From Alphaproteobacteria bacterium (GTDB taxonomy: Bacteria > Pseudomonadota > Alphaproteobacteria > Rickettsiales > SXRF01): a stretch of DNA of 64,000 bases. The stretch lies in assembly GCA_050249355.1 (NCBI GenBank), contig JBFWQQ010000001.1:12274-76273 (forward strand), in the 5' to 3' direction. Shown here one piece after another: positions 1-9,551 of this stretch (position 1 is the stretch's first letter; every line of letters starts with the position of its first letter). Under the pieces are notes generated by a model. That model saw only the letters and a program-made list of their open reading frames with translations. It searched no databases and was not told where the DNA came from. The translations under genes were made by a program, and so were the position numbers.

Positions 1-2
1 TC

Positions 3-491
3 ATGCTGCAGTTCGGCAGCATAATCGGTCTTGCCGCCGATGCCCCTTTGCGGGGTGAAGGCAGTCTGGCTGCATGGGGCATCATTGCCAGCGGGCTGTG
101 GCTTCTGTGGACGCAATTGCTGGCGTCGCTGGCTGGCGGATATACGGCGGGACGACTGCGCACGGCGAACAGCGCATTGGCAGAACATGAGAATGAACTA
201 CGTGACGGGCTTTGCGGTCTTCTCGTATGGGCTGTGGGCAGCGTGGCCGTATTTATCGCGGTTTCATTTGCTGGCGCGTTTGCAACCTATGTATCTCTGC
301 TGGCGGATACATATAGACCGTTGGACAATATGACCGATACCGAGAAAAATACCGCCATCATCTTTGCCTTTATCGTCGGCAGCACCTCGCTGATGTCGGC
401 GGCAGCGGCGTGGTGGGCTGCAACGTGCGGTGGCGACCACCGCGACAAGGGCACTGATCTTAGTACCCACCTGTCTTTCCGCCGCAAATAA
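3..491 (+). CDS. hypothetical integral membrane protein (N-terminus may lie outside the window)
   Basis: 162-aa ORF reaching the window edge; hydrophobic helices (GLWLLWTQLLASLAGG, LLVWAVGSVAVFIAVSFAGAF, AIIFAFIVGSTSLMSAAAAWW); no family recognised. Confidence 0.45.
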   Translation: MLQFGSIIGLAADAPLRGEGSLAAWGIIASGLWLLWTQLLASLAGGYTAGRLRTANSALAEHENELRDGLCGLLVWAVGSVAVFIAVSFAGAFATYVSLLADTYRPLDNMTDTEKNTAIIFAFIVGSTSLMSAAAAWWAATCGGDHRDKGTDLSTHLSFRRK

Positions 492-495
492 ATGT

Positions 496-523
496 GATAC
501 GGCAGGGTCATTCCTGCCGTATC
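496..523. terminator. hairpin between convergent genes (possible bidirectional terminator)
   Basis: perfect 11-bp inverted repeat GATACGGCAGG/CCTGCCGTATC with 6-nt loop; overlaps the last codons of hemW; T-rich run (TTTATTT) follows only on the - strand. Confidence 0.4.
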
Positions 524-1725
524 AGTTCTGTTATAAGCCGATTTAGCACCAGCCTGCCCGATAAAGTAACCTGCAATAGATTAGACTGCTCGGTCAACAA
601 CCCTTTATGAATATAAAACTGTAGCTTATCCTTGTCCAATAACGGTTCCACCTCCTGCAGCGTCACTCCGTCAGTAAGACGTAACCCCATCATAAGGCGT
701 TCCTCCATGATGCTGCGTTCATCTAGCGCATCCCATACCTCGATGCCATTGCCTTTTTCATGCACAGAAGATAGCCAGCGTTCCGGTGATTTGAGGGTAG
801 CTGTAGCAATGCGTGCCGAAGAAGCGCTGACAGCTGGCAGCGCCAGCCCTGAGCCTGTAGCGGTGGCAATAGATATTCTGCCATGTGCTCCCGGCCCTAC
901 ACCAACATACTCCCAGCCGCGCCAATAGGCGAGGTTGTGGCGCGATTCTTCCCCGGGCTTAGCATAGTTAGAAACCTCGTAAGCGGGCATGCCGCGCGCT
1001 ACCATGATGTCTTCGGTTAGCCGGTAAAGCGCTTCGGATGTTTCCTCGTCCGGCATGGCAAACTCGCCTTTTTTATAGGCATGGGCAAAGGCGGTGTTCT
1101 CCTCAATGGTCAACTGGTACAACGACAGGTGTGAACCGGCATGGGTAAGCGCTTCTTCAAGCTCGTGCTGCCATTCATTCACCGTCTGGTTCGGGCGGGC
1201 ATAGATCAGGTCGAAGGTATAACGGTCAAATATCTGCCGCGCACGGTCAACGGCTTTGAGTGCTTCTTTGGCGCTATGCTCACGGCCGAGCAACTTCAGC
1301 TGCGCGTCATCCAGCGACTGCACCCCTAGCGACACGCGGTTGACCCCGGCTTTATGGAAATCGCCGAACGTGTCGGCTTCCACCGAGGTCGGGTTGGCCT
1401 CCAGCGTGATCTCTATGCCTTCGGCAACCGGCCACAACGTTAGCACCCGTTCAATCAGAGCAGCGGCGGTTTTGGGCGGCATCAGCGATGGGGTGCCGCC
1501 CCCGAAGAATATGCTACTCACTTCGCGATCGCGGCAATGCGCGGCCATCCACTCCAGCTCACTCAGCAATGCCTGCCGCCACGCCTCCTGATCGACGGAA
1601 TCACGTACATGGCTGTTAAAATCGCAATAGGGGCATTTCGACCGGCAAAACGGCCAGTGAATATAGATGGCCAATCCCCGCACTTGTTGCGGGGTCTGGT
1701 TTTGTGCTATGGGTGTTTTTATCAT
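508..1725 (-). CDS. hemW: radical SAM heme chaperone HemW / HemN-like oxygen-independent coproporphyrinogen III oxidase family
   Basis: 405 aa; radical-SAM CxxxCxxC (WPFCRSKCPYCDFNS), GGGTPS motif, HemN_C-like tail; N-terminus starts directly at the Cys motif as in HemW-type proteins. Confidence 0.85.
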   Translation of the reverse strand: MIKTPIAQNQTPQQVRGLAIYIHWPFCRSKCPYCDFNSHVRDSVDQEAWRQALLSELEWMAAHCRDREVSSIFFGGGTPSLMPPKTAAALIERVLTLWPVAEGIEITLEANPTSVEADTFGDFHKAGVNRVSLGVQSLDDAQLKLLGREHSAKEALKAVDRARQIFDRYTFDLIYARPNQTVNEWQHELEEALTHAGSHLSLYQLTIEENTAFAHAYKKGEFAMPDEETSEALYRLTEDIMVARGMPAYEVSNYAKPGEESRHNLAYWRGWEYVGVGPGAHGRISIATATGSGLALPAVSASSARIATATLKSPERWLSSVHEKGNGIEVWDALDERSIMEERLMMGLRLTDGVTLQEVEPLLDKDKLQFYIHKGLLTEQSNLLQVTLSGRLVLNRLITELIRQE

Positions 1726-1785
1726 GCAATATGTTTATCTTAATGGGGCCATAATTACCAGACCCCGCCATACGGCGGGGATAGT

Positions 1786-2625
1786 ATGAAGTTATCGGCA
1801 GCCGAACAGGAAGAAATCACCAAACTGCTTACTCGCATCTACCAGGATATCCTGGCGATCGAAACCGACTATGAACTGCGCACTGGTAACGGCGATGCAC
1901 GCTGCCGCATTGAATACTTCCACGATGCCATACGTGCATTCTTCAGCGGCAATGTTACCGCCCAGCGCCTGCAAGTCGAGTTGCTGGCATATGACCTCAA
2001 ATGCCTGCGCTATGTAGCAGACAATCCCTTCGCCCCGTTCACCCCTGATGGCGGCGCGCTGTCCCCCAAGACCGATCTGGTGGTAAACAGTGCAGGACTG
2101 GTGGCCCAAAGTAAAAAGCCCGACCGTAGTACGCGCGAACGTTTAAGCGAGCTATATAAACATTATGCTGTGCTGTTCGCGGCGCTGCTCAAGCTGATCG
2201 CCGATAATGATTACGAAGAACGCACCCACAACCTGAACGAGGATGTGCGTGAGATCCACGAGATTATGCAGACCATGCAGAAGCTTGGCATTTCAGCCTC
2301 GGATATCGAGCATATGATAGCCCAGGTCAACCACATTGATGACGGGCAGTTGCGTAACGAACTGATGGCCTTCGTTCAGGCTGGTAAAGCCAGGAAGCCG
2401 GATGAAATAAAAAAGCTGCTGGGATACCTCAAGAACCGGATCAGCCAGAAGGATAAGCAGATTGCTACGATCGATAAGGCGCATCTGGAATACGCCACCA
2501 ACCAGCTGGCATTGTACGAAGCCGCCAAAGATATGCTGAAGTCGCTGGCCCGGGGTGGCATGAATCTGGTAGGAAAATTTGTTGAAACATCCATTGCGCA
2601 GGCACGCCGCGAAATGGGCAGGTAG
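1786..2625 (+). CDS. hypothetical protein, apparently helical and soluble
   Basis: 279-aa ORF, charged and helix-favouring composition, no TM or signal peptide, no motif recognised; ends 21 bp before the response-regulator gene. Confidence 0.5.
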   Translation: MKLSAAEQEEITKLLTRIYQDILAIETDYELRTGNGDARCRIEYFHDAIRAFFSGNVTAQRLQVELLAYDLKCLRYVADNPFAPFTPDGGALSPKTDLVVNSAGLVAQSKKPDRSTRERLSELYKHYAVLFAALLKLIADNDYEERTHNLNEDVREIHEIMQTMQKLGISASDIEHMIAQVNHIDDGQLRNELMAFVQAGKARKPDEIKKLLGYLKNRISQKDKQIATIDKAHLEYATNQLALYEAAKDMLKSLARGGMNLVGKFVETSIAQARREMGR

Positions 2626-2646
2626 CATCCTAGCATAAGGCGCCTT

Positions 2647-3321
2647 ATGAAATTGTTATTGATAGAAGACGATATGGAAGCCGCGCAATACCTGATCAAG
2701 GGATTGCGCGAACAGGGATATGTGGTGGATCATTGCGATTCAGGAAAGGATGGGCTTTTCCGCGCCGCATCCGAAACGTACGACGTCCTGGTCATCGACC
2801 GCATGGTACCCGAGGTGGATGGACTGACCATACTGCAGACATTGCGCGCATCCGGCAACCAGACGCCAGCGCTGATACTCACCGCACTCGATAAGGTGGA
2901 CGAGCGTGTAAAGGGCCTGAAAGCCGGGGCCGATGATTATCTGGCCAAGCCTTATTCGTTCACCGAACTTACCGCCCGGCTGGAAGCCATCACGCGCCGC
3001 AAATCGAGCGAAAAGGCCACGACCATGCTCCATTGCGGCGATCTGGTGATGAACCTGCTGGATCGTACGGTCACCCGGGGCGGCCAGGCGATCGACCTGC
3101 AGGCACGCGAGTTCTCGCTGCTGGAATACCTTATGCGCAATGCCGGTACTGTGGTCACACGCACCATGCTGCTGGAACATGTATGGGATTATAACTTTGA
3201 CCCGCAGACCAATGTGATCGATGTACACATCTCGCGCCTGCGCCAGAAAATAGATAAAGGCTTCGACAAGAACATGATCCTGACGCTACGCGGCACAGGC
3301 TACAAGCTGGTATGTGATTAA
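2647..3321 (+). CDS. OmpR/PhoB-family two-component response regulator
   Basis: 224 aa; receiver domain (LLIEDD, DVLVIDRMVPEVDG, AKPY) plus winged-helix output (TRTMLLEHVWDYNFDPQTNVIDVHISRLRQKID, LRGTGYKL). Confidence 0.9.
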   Translation: MKLLLIEDDMEAAQYLIKGLREQGYVVDHCDSGKDGLFRAASETYDVLVIDRMVPEVDGLTILQTLRASGNQTPALILTALDKVDERVKGLKAGADDYLAKPYSFTELTARLEAITRRKSSEKATTMLHCGDLVMNLLDRTVTRGGQAIDLQAREFSLLEYLMRNAGTVVTRTMLLEHVWDYNFDPQTNVIDVHISRLRQKIDKGFDKNMILTLRGTGYKLVCD

Positions 3322-4756
3322 CCCATTAAACAACGGCAATGTGCCGTCCTACGGTTGTATGCAATCTCGGATACTACGCACAATCAAAACCTTCACCTTC
3401 CGGCTAACGCTGGTATATGTGGGGCTGTTTGCGCTGTCGGTCATATTTCTGTTCGGCTTCATCTACACTTTCTCCATGAGCTATGTGCGCGACCAGATGG
3501 CAAACTATGTGCGCGGACAGTATTATTACTTGCTCAACGCATACCGGGAGAACGGCTCCGAGGGGGTGGAACAGAGCATACAGGAACTCATGCTCGACGA
3601 TCCTGAAGGCACCGAGATCTACCTGCTGGTGAACAAGGAAAAAGAAAAACTGGCCGGCAACCTGAACAAATGGCCTGAAACCGTCGGGATCATCGGCCCA
3701 TTCGAAGATAATGGCGAATGGATACGTTTCCAGATCGAGGATATGAGAGACCAGCTCAGCGGCATCGAAGTGAACGCCATCCGTATTCCCCTTTCGGAAT
3801 GGCGCTCGTTACTGGTAGGCCAGAGCACGCTGAATACCGACAAGATCGAGCAGACCATTATACAAACCTTCTGGGCCAGCATGGCCTTGAGTTTCCTGAT
3901 GGCGCTCACCGGCGCATTGATCCTGACACGCAGCGTGGTCGGCCGTATCAATGTCATCAATCAGTCGGCAGGCCGCATCATGCAGGGCAATATCTCCGAA
4001 CGCTTCCCGTTCACACCGGGAGGCGATGAGTTCGATGAGTTATCGCTCAACCTCAACCGCATGCTCGATACCATCGAAAACCTGCTGCAGTCCTTATCGC
4101 AATTTGCCAACAATATCGCACACGATCTGCGTAGCCCGCTCAACCGTATCATTTCGCGGCTGGACGCCGGATTGCGTGATATCGAACCGAAGAACCCGGC
4201 CATGACCCTGTTGCGTAAGAATATCCATGACATGGAAAATCTGGTCGATACGTTCAACGCCATTCTTAAAATATCCGAGCTTGAGGCCAATACTGAAATG
4301 CGGCCATCGGAACTGTGCGACCTGCAGGAGATACTGGCCGAGGTGGCCGAATTCTATGAGCCTTATGCAATCGAACACGGACTGGCACTGCGCTGCAACC
4401 CGCATGAGCCCACGCTGGTATATGGAGACAAGAAATTATTGACCCAGGCGTTTGCCAATCTGATCGACAATGCCTTGAAATTCACGCCGTCCGGTGGCAG
4501 TGTCACGATTGACACCGAACGTACGGAGCACTTTGCCACTGCGGTTATCGCCGATACAGGCCCCGGTATTCCCGCTGACCGCAGGAAGAAAGTATTTGAG
4601 AAATTCGTGCGGCTGGAACAAAGCCGTAACACGAAAGGCAATGGCCTGGGGCTGAGCATGGTTGATGCGATTGCGCGTATACATACTGCGCGTATAGAAC
4701 TAGACGATAACACGCCGGGATTGATCGTGCGCATCTTTTTCCCGCGCGGAGCATAA
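3314..4756 (+). CDS. sensor histidine kinase (HAMP-HisKA-HATPase)
   Basis: 480 aa; two TM helices around a periplasmic segment; H-box FANNIAHDLRSPLN; N/G boxes LIDNALKFTP, DTGPGIP, GNGLGLSMV; GTG start overlaps regulator stop, alternative ATG at 3359. Confidence 0.85.
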   Translation: MINPLNNGNVPSYGCMQSRILRTIKTFTFRLTLVYVGLFALSVIFLFGFIYTFSMSYVRDQMANYVRGQYYYLLNAYRENGSEGVEQSIQELMLDDPEGTEIYLLVNKEKEKLAGNLNKWPETVGIIGPFEDNGEWIRFQIEDMRDQLSGIEVNAIRIPLSEWRSLLVGQSTLNTDKIEQTIIQTFWASMALSFLMALTGALILTRSVVGRINVINQSAGRIMQGNISERFPFTPGGDEFDELSLNLNRMLDTIENLLQSLSQFANNIAHDLRSPLNRIISRLDAGLRDIEPKNPAMTLLRKNIHDMENLVDTFNAILKISELEANTEMRPSELCDLQEILAEVAEFYEPYAIEHGLALRCNPHEPTLVYGDKKLLTQAFANLIDNALKFTPSGGSVTIDTERTEHFATAVIADTGPGIPADRRKKVFEKFVRLEQSRNTKGNGLGLSMVDAIARIHTARIELDDNTPGLIVRIFFPRGA

Positions 4757-4766
4757 TGGAGGACGC

Positions 4767-5549
4767 ATGTTAAAAGGAAAGAACGCCATCGTCACCGGGT
4801 CAACCTCGGGTATCGGAAACGCTGTTGCCGTGGCGCTGGCAAGGGAAGGCTGCAACATCATCCTGAATGGATTCGGCGATAGTGCCGCCATTGATACGCT
4901 GGTCAGATCCATGCAGGAGAAACATCGCGTAACGGTGGATTACAGCCCTGCCGATATGACCCGGCCCAATGAGATAAAGGAAATGGTGGAAATGGCACAG
5001 AAGCGATTCGGCAATGTCGATATTCTGGTTAATAACGCCGGAATCCAGCATACCGACCGTATCGAAAATTTCCCGGAAGACAAGTGGGACGCCATCATCG
5101 CCATCAACCTGTCGGCCGCGTTCCATGCGATTCGCCACAGCATAGGCGGTATGCAGCAGCGTGGCTTCGGCCGTATCATCAATATTGCTTCGGTGCATGG
5201 GTTGGTCGCTTCGGTCAATAAATCAGCGTATGTGGCAGCCAAGCATGGTATCGTCGGCCTGACCAAAGTGGTGGCGCTGGAGAACGCGCAAAGCAACATC
5301 ACCTGCAATGCCATTTGCCCGGGCTGGGTACACACGCCGCTGGTACAGAAGCAGATCGACGCGCTGGCCGAACGCGAACACATCGACACTGAAGCGGCTA
5401 CCAAAAAACTGCTGGGAGAAAAACAGCCGTCCATGCGCTTTGTGCAGCCGGAACAGATCGGCGGTATGGTCGTTTTCCTGTGTGGGCCGAACGCTTCTGC
5501 CATGACCGGTGAAATGATGACCATGGATGGCGGCTGGCTGGCCCAGTAA
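4767..5549 (+). CDS. bdhA: 3-hydroxybutyrate dehydrogenase (SDR family)
   Basis: 260 aa; TGSTSGIG NAD motif, NNAGIQH, S..YVAAKHG catalytic YxxxK, ICPGWV.TPLV, C-terminal DGGW; near full-length pattern match to BdhA as I remember it. Confidence 0.85.
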   Translation: MLKGKNAIVTGSTSGIGNAVAVALAREGCNIILNGFGDSAAIDTLVRSMQEKHRVTVDYSPADMTRPNEIKEMVEMAQKRFGNVDILVNNAGIQHTDRIENFPEDKWDAIIAINLSAAFHAIRHSIGGMQQRGFGRIINIASVHGLVASVNKSAYVAAKHGIVGLTKVVALENAQSNITCNAICPGWVHTPLVQKQIDALAEREHIDTEAATKKLLGEKQPSMRFVQPEQIGGMVVFLCGPNASAMTGEMMTMDGGWLAQ

Positions 5550-6560
5550 CTACATCACTACGCCCAGCAGCAACAGTAATAGCAAATGCTGAACCGCAAA
5601 CAGGTATTGTGCCGTTCGGATATGCTCCGGCAGCAGTTTTACCGTTCCACTGCCCAGCCATGCCTTTGCGGTATATGCCGAAGGCGGGCCACCCAGCGTG
5701 ACCTGCAGCACAGTAGCGATACATGCAACTTGCAGGGCCTGCGGCAATATGCTCGGCATGGCTTGTGCGTTCTTTGTGCCATGGTCGGTTTTTGACATGT
5801 ATTGCCAGATGGACGCTGCGGTCTGCTTCATTTTCCCTCGTGACTGGAACAGCGCCGCAACAATCCACATGCACGCCACCATGCGCGAAGGAATCCAGTG
5901 CATCACCAGATATACGCCTTGCGCGGGTTTCCCAAAGGCGCTGCCGGATATGGCGAATGTCTCATACATCAGCGTCACCAGCAGGCAGAAAAAAAGACCG
6001 GGCAGGCCACCCAGCAGATACCACATAACCGGGGCAAATATTTTTTCGGCGAACTGCACCGCCTGGTATTCCACAGCCGCGCGCGCCACCCCATGCGCAT
6101 CCAGCCGCGCGTGATGCCGCCATACGGTGCCCTCCAGCGCCTGCTGTGCCAGCTGCAGTTTCTGATCGATAAGCGCCGTACGTATGGTGCTGGCAACATC
6201 CCAGGTGGGACGCACCGGAATCAGCAGAAACAGCAGCACAACATCCAGAAAACGCCCAGTGGCTGTCGATATAGCTGTAACTATGATCCCCACCACAACC
6301 GAAAGGATGAATATGGCCGCCACCACCACCAGACCGCGCATCTGCCGTTCGCCGTCGCTGCGGTGTTCCCGGTTGAGCTTACGCTCCATGGTGCGCAGTG
6401 GCCGGGCAGGCCAGTGCAGAAGCGGTGATATGCCCAGACGGTCAACCAGCGCTTTTGGCCCGGCCAGCAGTGCATTCATCACTAATGCGATAACGACAAT
6501 AACGGCATGTTCCACGACAGCAATCCAATATAATTTATGGCAGCATAGGTTTTTTTGCAT
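5550..6560 (-). CDS. cobD: CobD/CbiB-family membrane protein (adenosylcobinamide-phosphate synthase-like)
   Basis: 336 aa polytopic membrane protein; segments ARAAVEYQAVQFAEKIFAPVMWYLLGGLPGLFF and N-terminal HWPARPL..MERKLN resemble CobD/CbiB conserved blocks but are divergent. Confidence 0.6.
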   Translation of the reverse strand: MQKNLCCHKLYWIAVVEHAVIVVIALVMNALLAGPKALVDRLGISPLLHWPARPLRTMERKLNREHRSDGERQMRGLVVVAAIFILSVVVGIIVTAISTATGRFLDVVLLFLLIPVRPTWDVASTIRTALIDQKLQLAQQALEGTVWRHHARLDAHGVARAAVEYQAVQFAEKIFAPVMWYLLGGLPGLFFCLLVTLMYETFAISGSAFGKPAQGVYLVMHWIPSRMVACMWIVAALFQSRGKMKQTAASIWQYMSKTDHGTKNAQAMPSILPQALQVACIATVLQVTLGGPPSAYTAKAWLGSGTVKLLPEHIRTAQYLFAVQHLLLLLLLGVVM

Positions 6561-6593
6561 TAAATGGGTAGCAGTTTAGCCATACAGCCCGCC

Positions 6594-7451
6594 ATGACCG
6601 ATACACTTGCCAATCTGCCACCATTAAAAGACGTGATCCGCATGCATGAGTTGCAGGCAAAGAAATCCCTCGGCCAGCATTTCCTTCTGGATGGCCGCAT
6701 TACCGATGATATCGCCCGTTACGCCGGTGACCTCAGCGCCTGCCATGTGATCGAGGTGGGCCCGGGACCGGGTGGCTTGACCCGTTCATTATTACGGGGG
6801 GGGGCACTGCATGTGCACGTGATCGAAAAGGACGTACGCTGCCTTGCACTTCTCGAAGAATTACGTCAGGCCGCACCGGGTCGGCTGAGCGTGCACAACG
6901 ACGACGCGCTGAAATTCGATTACTCGGCTATTCCTTCACCACGCAAGATCGTCGCCAACCTGCCATATAACGTCGGCACTCTCATGCTTTTGAACTGGCT
7001 GGATATGATCTACCGGGATCCCGGCAGCTTCACCTCGCTGACGCTGATGTTCCAGAAAGAAGTCACCGAACGCATCATCGCAGCACATGGTAATAAGGAT
7101 TATGGCCGGTTGTCGGTACTATGCCAGTGGCTATGCGACGTGCGCACCGACATGACTTTGCCGCCGGGTGCATTTGTGCCGCCGCCCGCCGTTTCTTCGG
7201 CGGTAGTGACGCTGACACCACGCGCTACGCCGCTGGTGGATGTAAAAAAAGAAACGCTGGAAAAGGTCATGGCCGCCGCATTCGGCCAGCGCCGCAAAAT
7301 GCTGCGCAAAGCCTTAAAGCCTACATCGAACGATGTGGAAGCGTTGCTTGCATCTGCAGGAATTGATCCAACGTGGCGCGCCGAGCAGGTGGATGTGCGC
7401 ACATTGTGCGCCCTTGCGCGCGCTTATCAGGAACAGGCCGCCGGGCTATAA
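6594..7451 (+). CDS. rsmA: 16S rRNA (adenine1518/1519-N6)-dimethyltransferase
   Basis: LPPLKDVIRMHELQAKKSLGQHFLLD, VIEVGPGPGGLT SAM motif, ANLPYNV; ORF track starts at 6564 but ATG 6594 (MTDTLANLPPL) fits family N-termini and leaves promoter room. Confidence 0.9.
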   Translation: MTDTLANLPPLKDVIRMHELQAKKSLGQHFLLDGRITDDIARYAGDLSACHVIEVGPGPGGLTRSLLRGGALHVHVIEKDVRCLALLEELRQAAPGRLSVHNDDALKFDYSAIPSPRKIVANLPYNVGTLMLLNWLDMIYRDPGSFTSLTLMFQKEVTERIIAAHGNKDYGRLSVLCQWLCDVRTDMTLPPGAFVPPPAVSSAVVTLTPRATPLVDVKKETLEKVMAAAFGQRRKMLRKALKPTSNDVEALLASAGIDPTWRAEQVDVRTLCALARAYQEQAAGL

Positions 7452-8099
7452 CGATGCAATGAACTGCCCCAGACCTTCCTGGCGCACCCGGCGCAGGCGC
7501 TCGGCACGCAGTATGGCATCAATACGCTCCAGCGTTTCATCAAGATCCTGGTTGATCAGCACATAGTCATATTCCGCCCAGTGACTGATTTCTGCCTGCG
7601 CCTTGTCCATGCGGCGCGCCACCACCTCGGCACTGTCCTGTGCGCGGACCTTCAGGCGGCGTTCCAGCTCGGTCATGGACGGCGGCAGGATGAACACGCT
7701 GACCACTTCGTTTTCCGCACGTTCTTTCAGCTGTTTGGTTCCCTGCCAGTCGATATCGAACAATACATCGGTGCCGCAGATAAGATTTTCCGCCACGAAC
7801 TGGCGCGGGGTGCCGTAAAAATAGTCGAACACACGGGCATGCTCGAGCAGGCTGCCTGCTTGCACCATATGCTGGTATTTCGTATCGTTGATAAAGAAAT
7901 AGTCTTTGCCATCCGTTTCACCGGGCCGGGAAGGACGGGTGGTAACCGATACCGACATGACCATCTTTTCATGGGCAGCCGCATCCTTGTAACGATCAAG
8001 CAAGCGGCGCGACAGCGTGGTTTTACCCGCGCCCGATGGCGATGACAATACGAACATCAACCCGCGACGCTTTACTTCCACTGCCTGTTGTAACGACAT
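7446..8099 (-). CDS. gmk: guanylate kinase
   Basis: 217 aa; P-loop SSPSGAGKTT, TTRPSRPGE..GKDYFF, DIDWQG; 3' end overlaps rsmA 3' end by 6 nt. Confidence 0.9.
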   Translation of the reverse strand: MSLQQAVEVKRRGLMFVLSSPSGAGKTTLSRRLLDRYKDAAAHEKMVMSVSVTTRPSRPGETDGKDYFFINDTKYQHMVQAGSLLEHARVFDYFYGTPRQFVAENLICGTDVLFDIDWQGTKQLKERAENEVVSVFILPPSMTELERRLKVRAQDSAEVVARRMDKAQAEISHWAEYDYVLINQDLDETLERIDAILRAERLRRVRQEGLGQFIASL

Positions 8100-8106
8100 A
8101 CGTTCC

Positions 8107-8799
8107 CTATTGCAGATACGGCTTTATGGCATCCGCCAGTTCCTGTTCCGATACATCATAGCGGAAATGCTCGACATAGTTGCCTTGCGGATCCATCAGA
8201 TACACATAGCCGGAGTGATCTACCATATAGTTATCGCCAGCACCATGTCCGACATGCGCCGAGTGATCGCCACTCTCCTGTGCGCCATAACCATCGGCTT
8301 GCTCTGTCGGTTGCTGTGCCTGCGCATAGTATACCTTATAGGCATCCGCCGCCGATTTTACCTGCTCCGCTGTACCGGTCAGCCCGACAATACGCGCATC
8401 AAAATTACTCAGGTAATCTTTCATTACGGCCGGTGTATCACGGCCGGGATCCACGCTGATGAACAGCGGCGCCACCTTATCAGCCTTATCGCCCAGGAGT
8501 TCCATTAAACTGGAAAACGTTGATACCGTAACCGGGCAGATATCCGGACAATGCGTAAAACCGAAAAATACCAGCATGATTTTACCCCGGTAATCCTGCT
8601 CGGTACGCTCGGCCCCCGTATGATCAATCAGGGTGAATTTTCCACCAACGCTAGCAGGCGCTACGTAGCCTTCGGCGTCTTCCCCTGATACGGCAACCGC
8701 ATCAGCTTCGGGGGCAGGCTGGCGGCCCTGGGTAGCCCACAACAATACAGCAGTCGCAACCAGAAAAAGCAGGGCAACGATAGAGAAAAGTTTATTCAT
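8107..8799 (-). CDS. SCO1/SenC-family copper chaperone (cytochrome oxidase assembly)
   Basis: 230 aa; N-terminal membrane anchor; thioredoxin-like FGFTHCPDICP motif and distal VDHSG; His/Gly-rich insertion SGDHSAHVGHGAGD. Confidence 0.85.
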   Translation of the reverse strand: MNKLFSIVALLFLVATAVLLWATQGRQPAPEADAVAVSGEDAEGYVAPASVGGKFTLIDHTGAERTEQDYRGKIMLVFFGFTHCPDICPVTVSTFSSLMELLGDKADKVAPLFISVDPGRDTPAVMKDYLSNFDARIVGLTGTAEQVKSAADAYKVYYAQAQQPTEQADGYGAQESGDHSAHVGHGAGDNYMVDHSGYVYLMDPQGNYVEHFRYDVSEQELADAIKPYLQ

Positions 8800-8930
8800 A
8801 ACAGCACTTAATTCTTTATTTTTAGTAGGTTAATCATATGCGGGCCGTAAAAACTGTTCCCGCGCTGGTTGATTGTCGCATTAGCATTTTTGTGTTAAAA
8901 TAAGTTAAACGATACAGTGCGATAGCTACC

Positions 8931-9551
8931 ATGCTGGCTTTAGTGAACACCGCTTATATTCCCGTTAGCACGCAACCGCTGGTCAATACCGCGATACCGG
9001 AAAATATTGCGCAACGTGTGCCATATGACAATGTCGCTCCCCCTGTTTCTAGCCCGCGAACCGAGCCGGATGCAAGAGGGAATCGACAATTTTTTTCATC
9101 CTCCCCGATACCGACCGCTTCGCAAACCCCACCACCGGAACAGACTGCATACGGCAAACCGCTGTCTGGCGCGCCATTTGGGGCACCTGCCACATTGCTT
9201 GCCCAGCTTATCGGGCAGCCGGTTCCCCAACAGACAAGCAACCAGTTGCGCACGATACTCAGCGAATATGAAAAATTGCTGACCAACAGCCAGATCAAAT
9301 ACCTGCCCAGCAATGCCGGACGCCCAGCGGCCGAACCGGCAGGCGCATTTTCCCGGCTGCTGGCACAACCGGCAAAGCAGCAACAGGCAACCCGCAGCGA
9401 GAACCGGATAAATACCAGCTCGCCGGCAGAATCGGCTGAAGATGATGGAAATTATCAGGACGTGGCACCCGCACGCACAGCGGCCACTATGGCATCAAAT
9501 GCCTACCGCGCCAGTGCAGCACGCAATAAAACACTAGAAGCAGTTAGCTGA
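8931..9551 (+). CDS. hypothetical Pro/Gln/Ala-rich protein, probably disordered
   Basis: 206-aa ORF, low-complexity (PPVSSP, TPPPEQT, QPAKQQQ); no motif recognised; coding status supported only by ORF length and lack of alternatives. Confidence 0.4.
   Translation: MLALVNTAYIPVSTQPLVNTAIPENIAQRVPYDNVAPPVSSPRTEPDARGNRQFFSSSPIPTASQTPPPEQTAYGKPLSGAPFGAPATLLAQLIGQPVPQQTSNQLRTILSEYEKLLTNSQIKYLPSNAGRPAAEPAGAFSRLLAQPAKQQQATRSENRINTSSPAESAEDDGNYQDVAPARTAATMASNAYRASAARNKTLEAVS

Noticed and set aside
6561-6593. cobalamin riboswitch upstream of the CobD-family gene
   Set aside because: Only about 33 bp separate the divergent cobD and rsmA starts, far too short for a B12 element.
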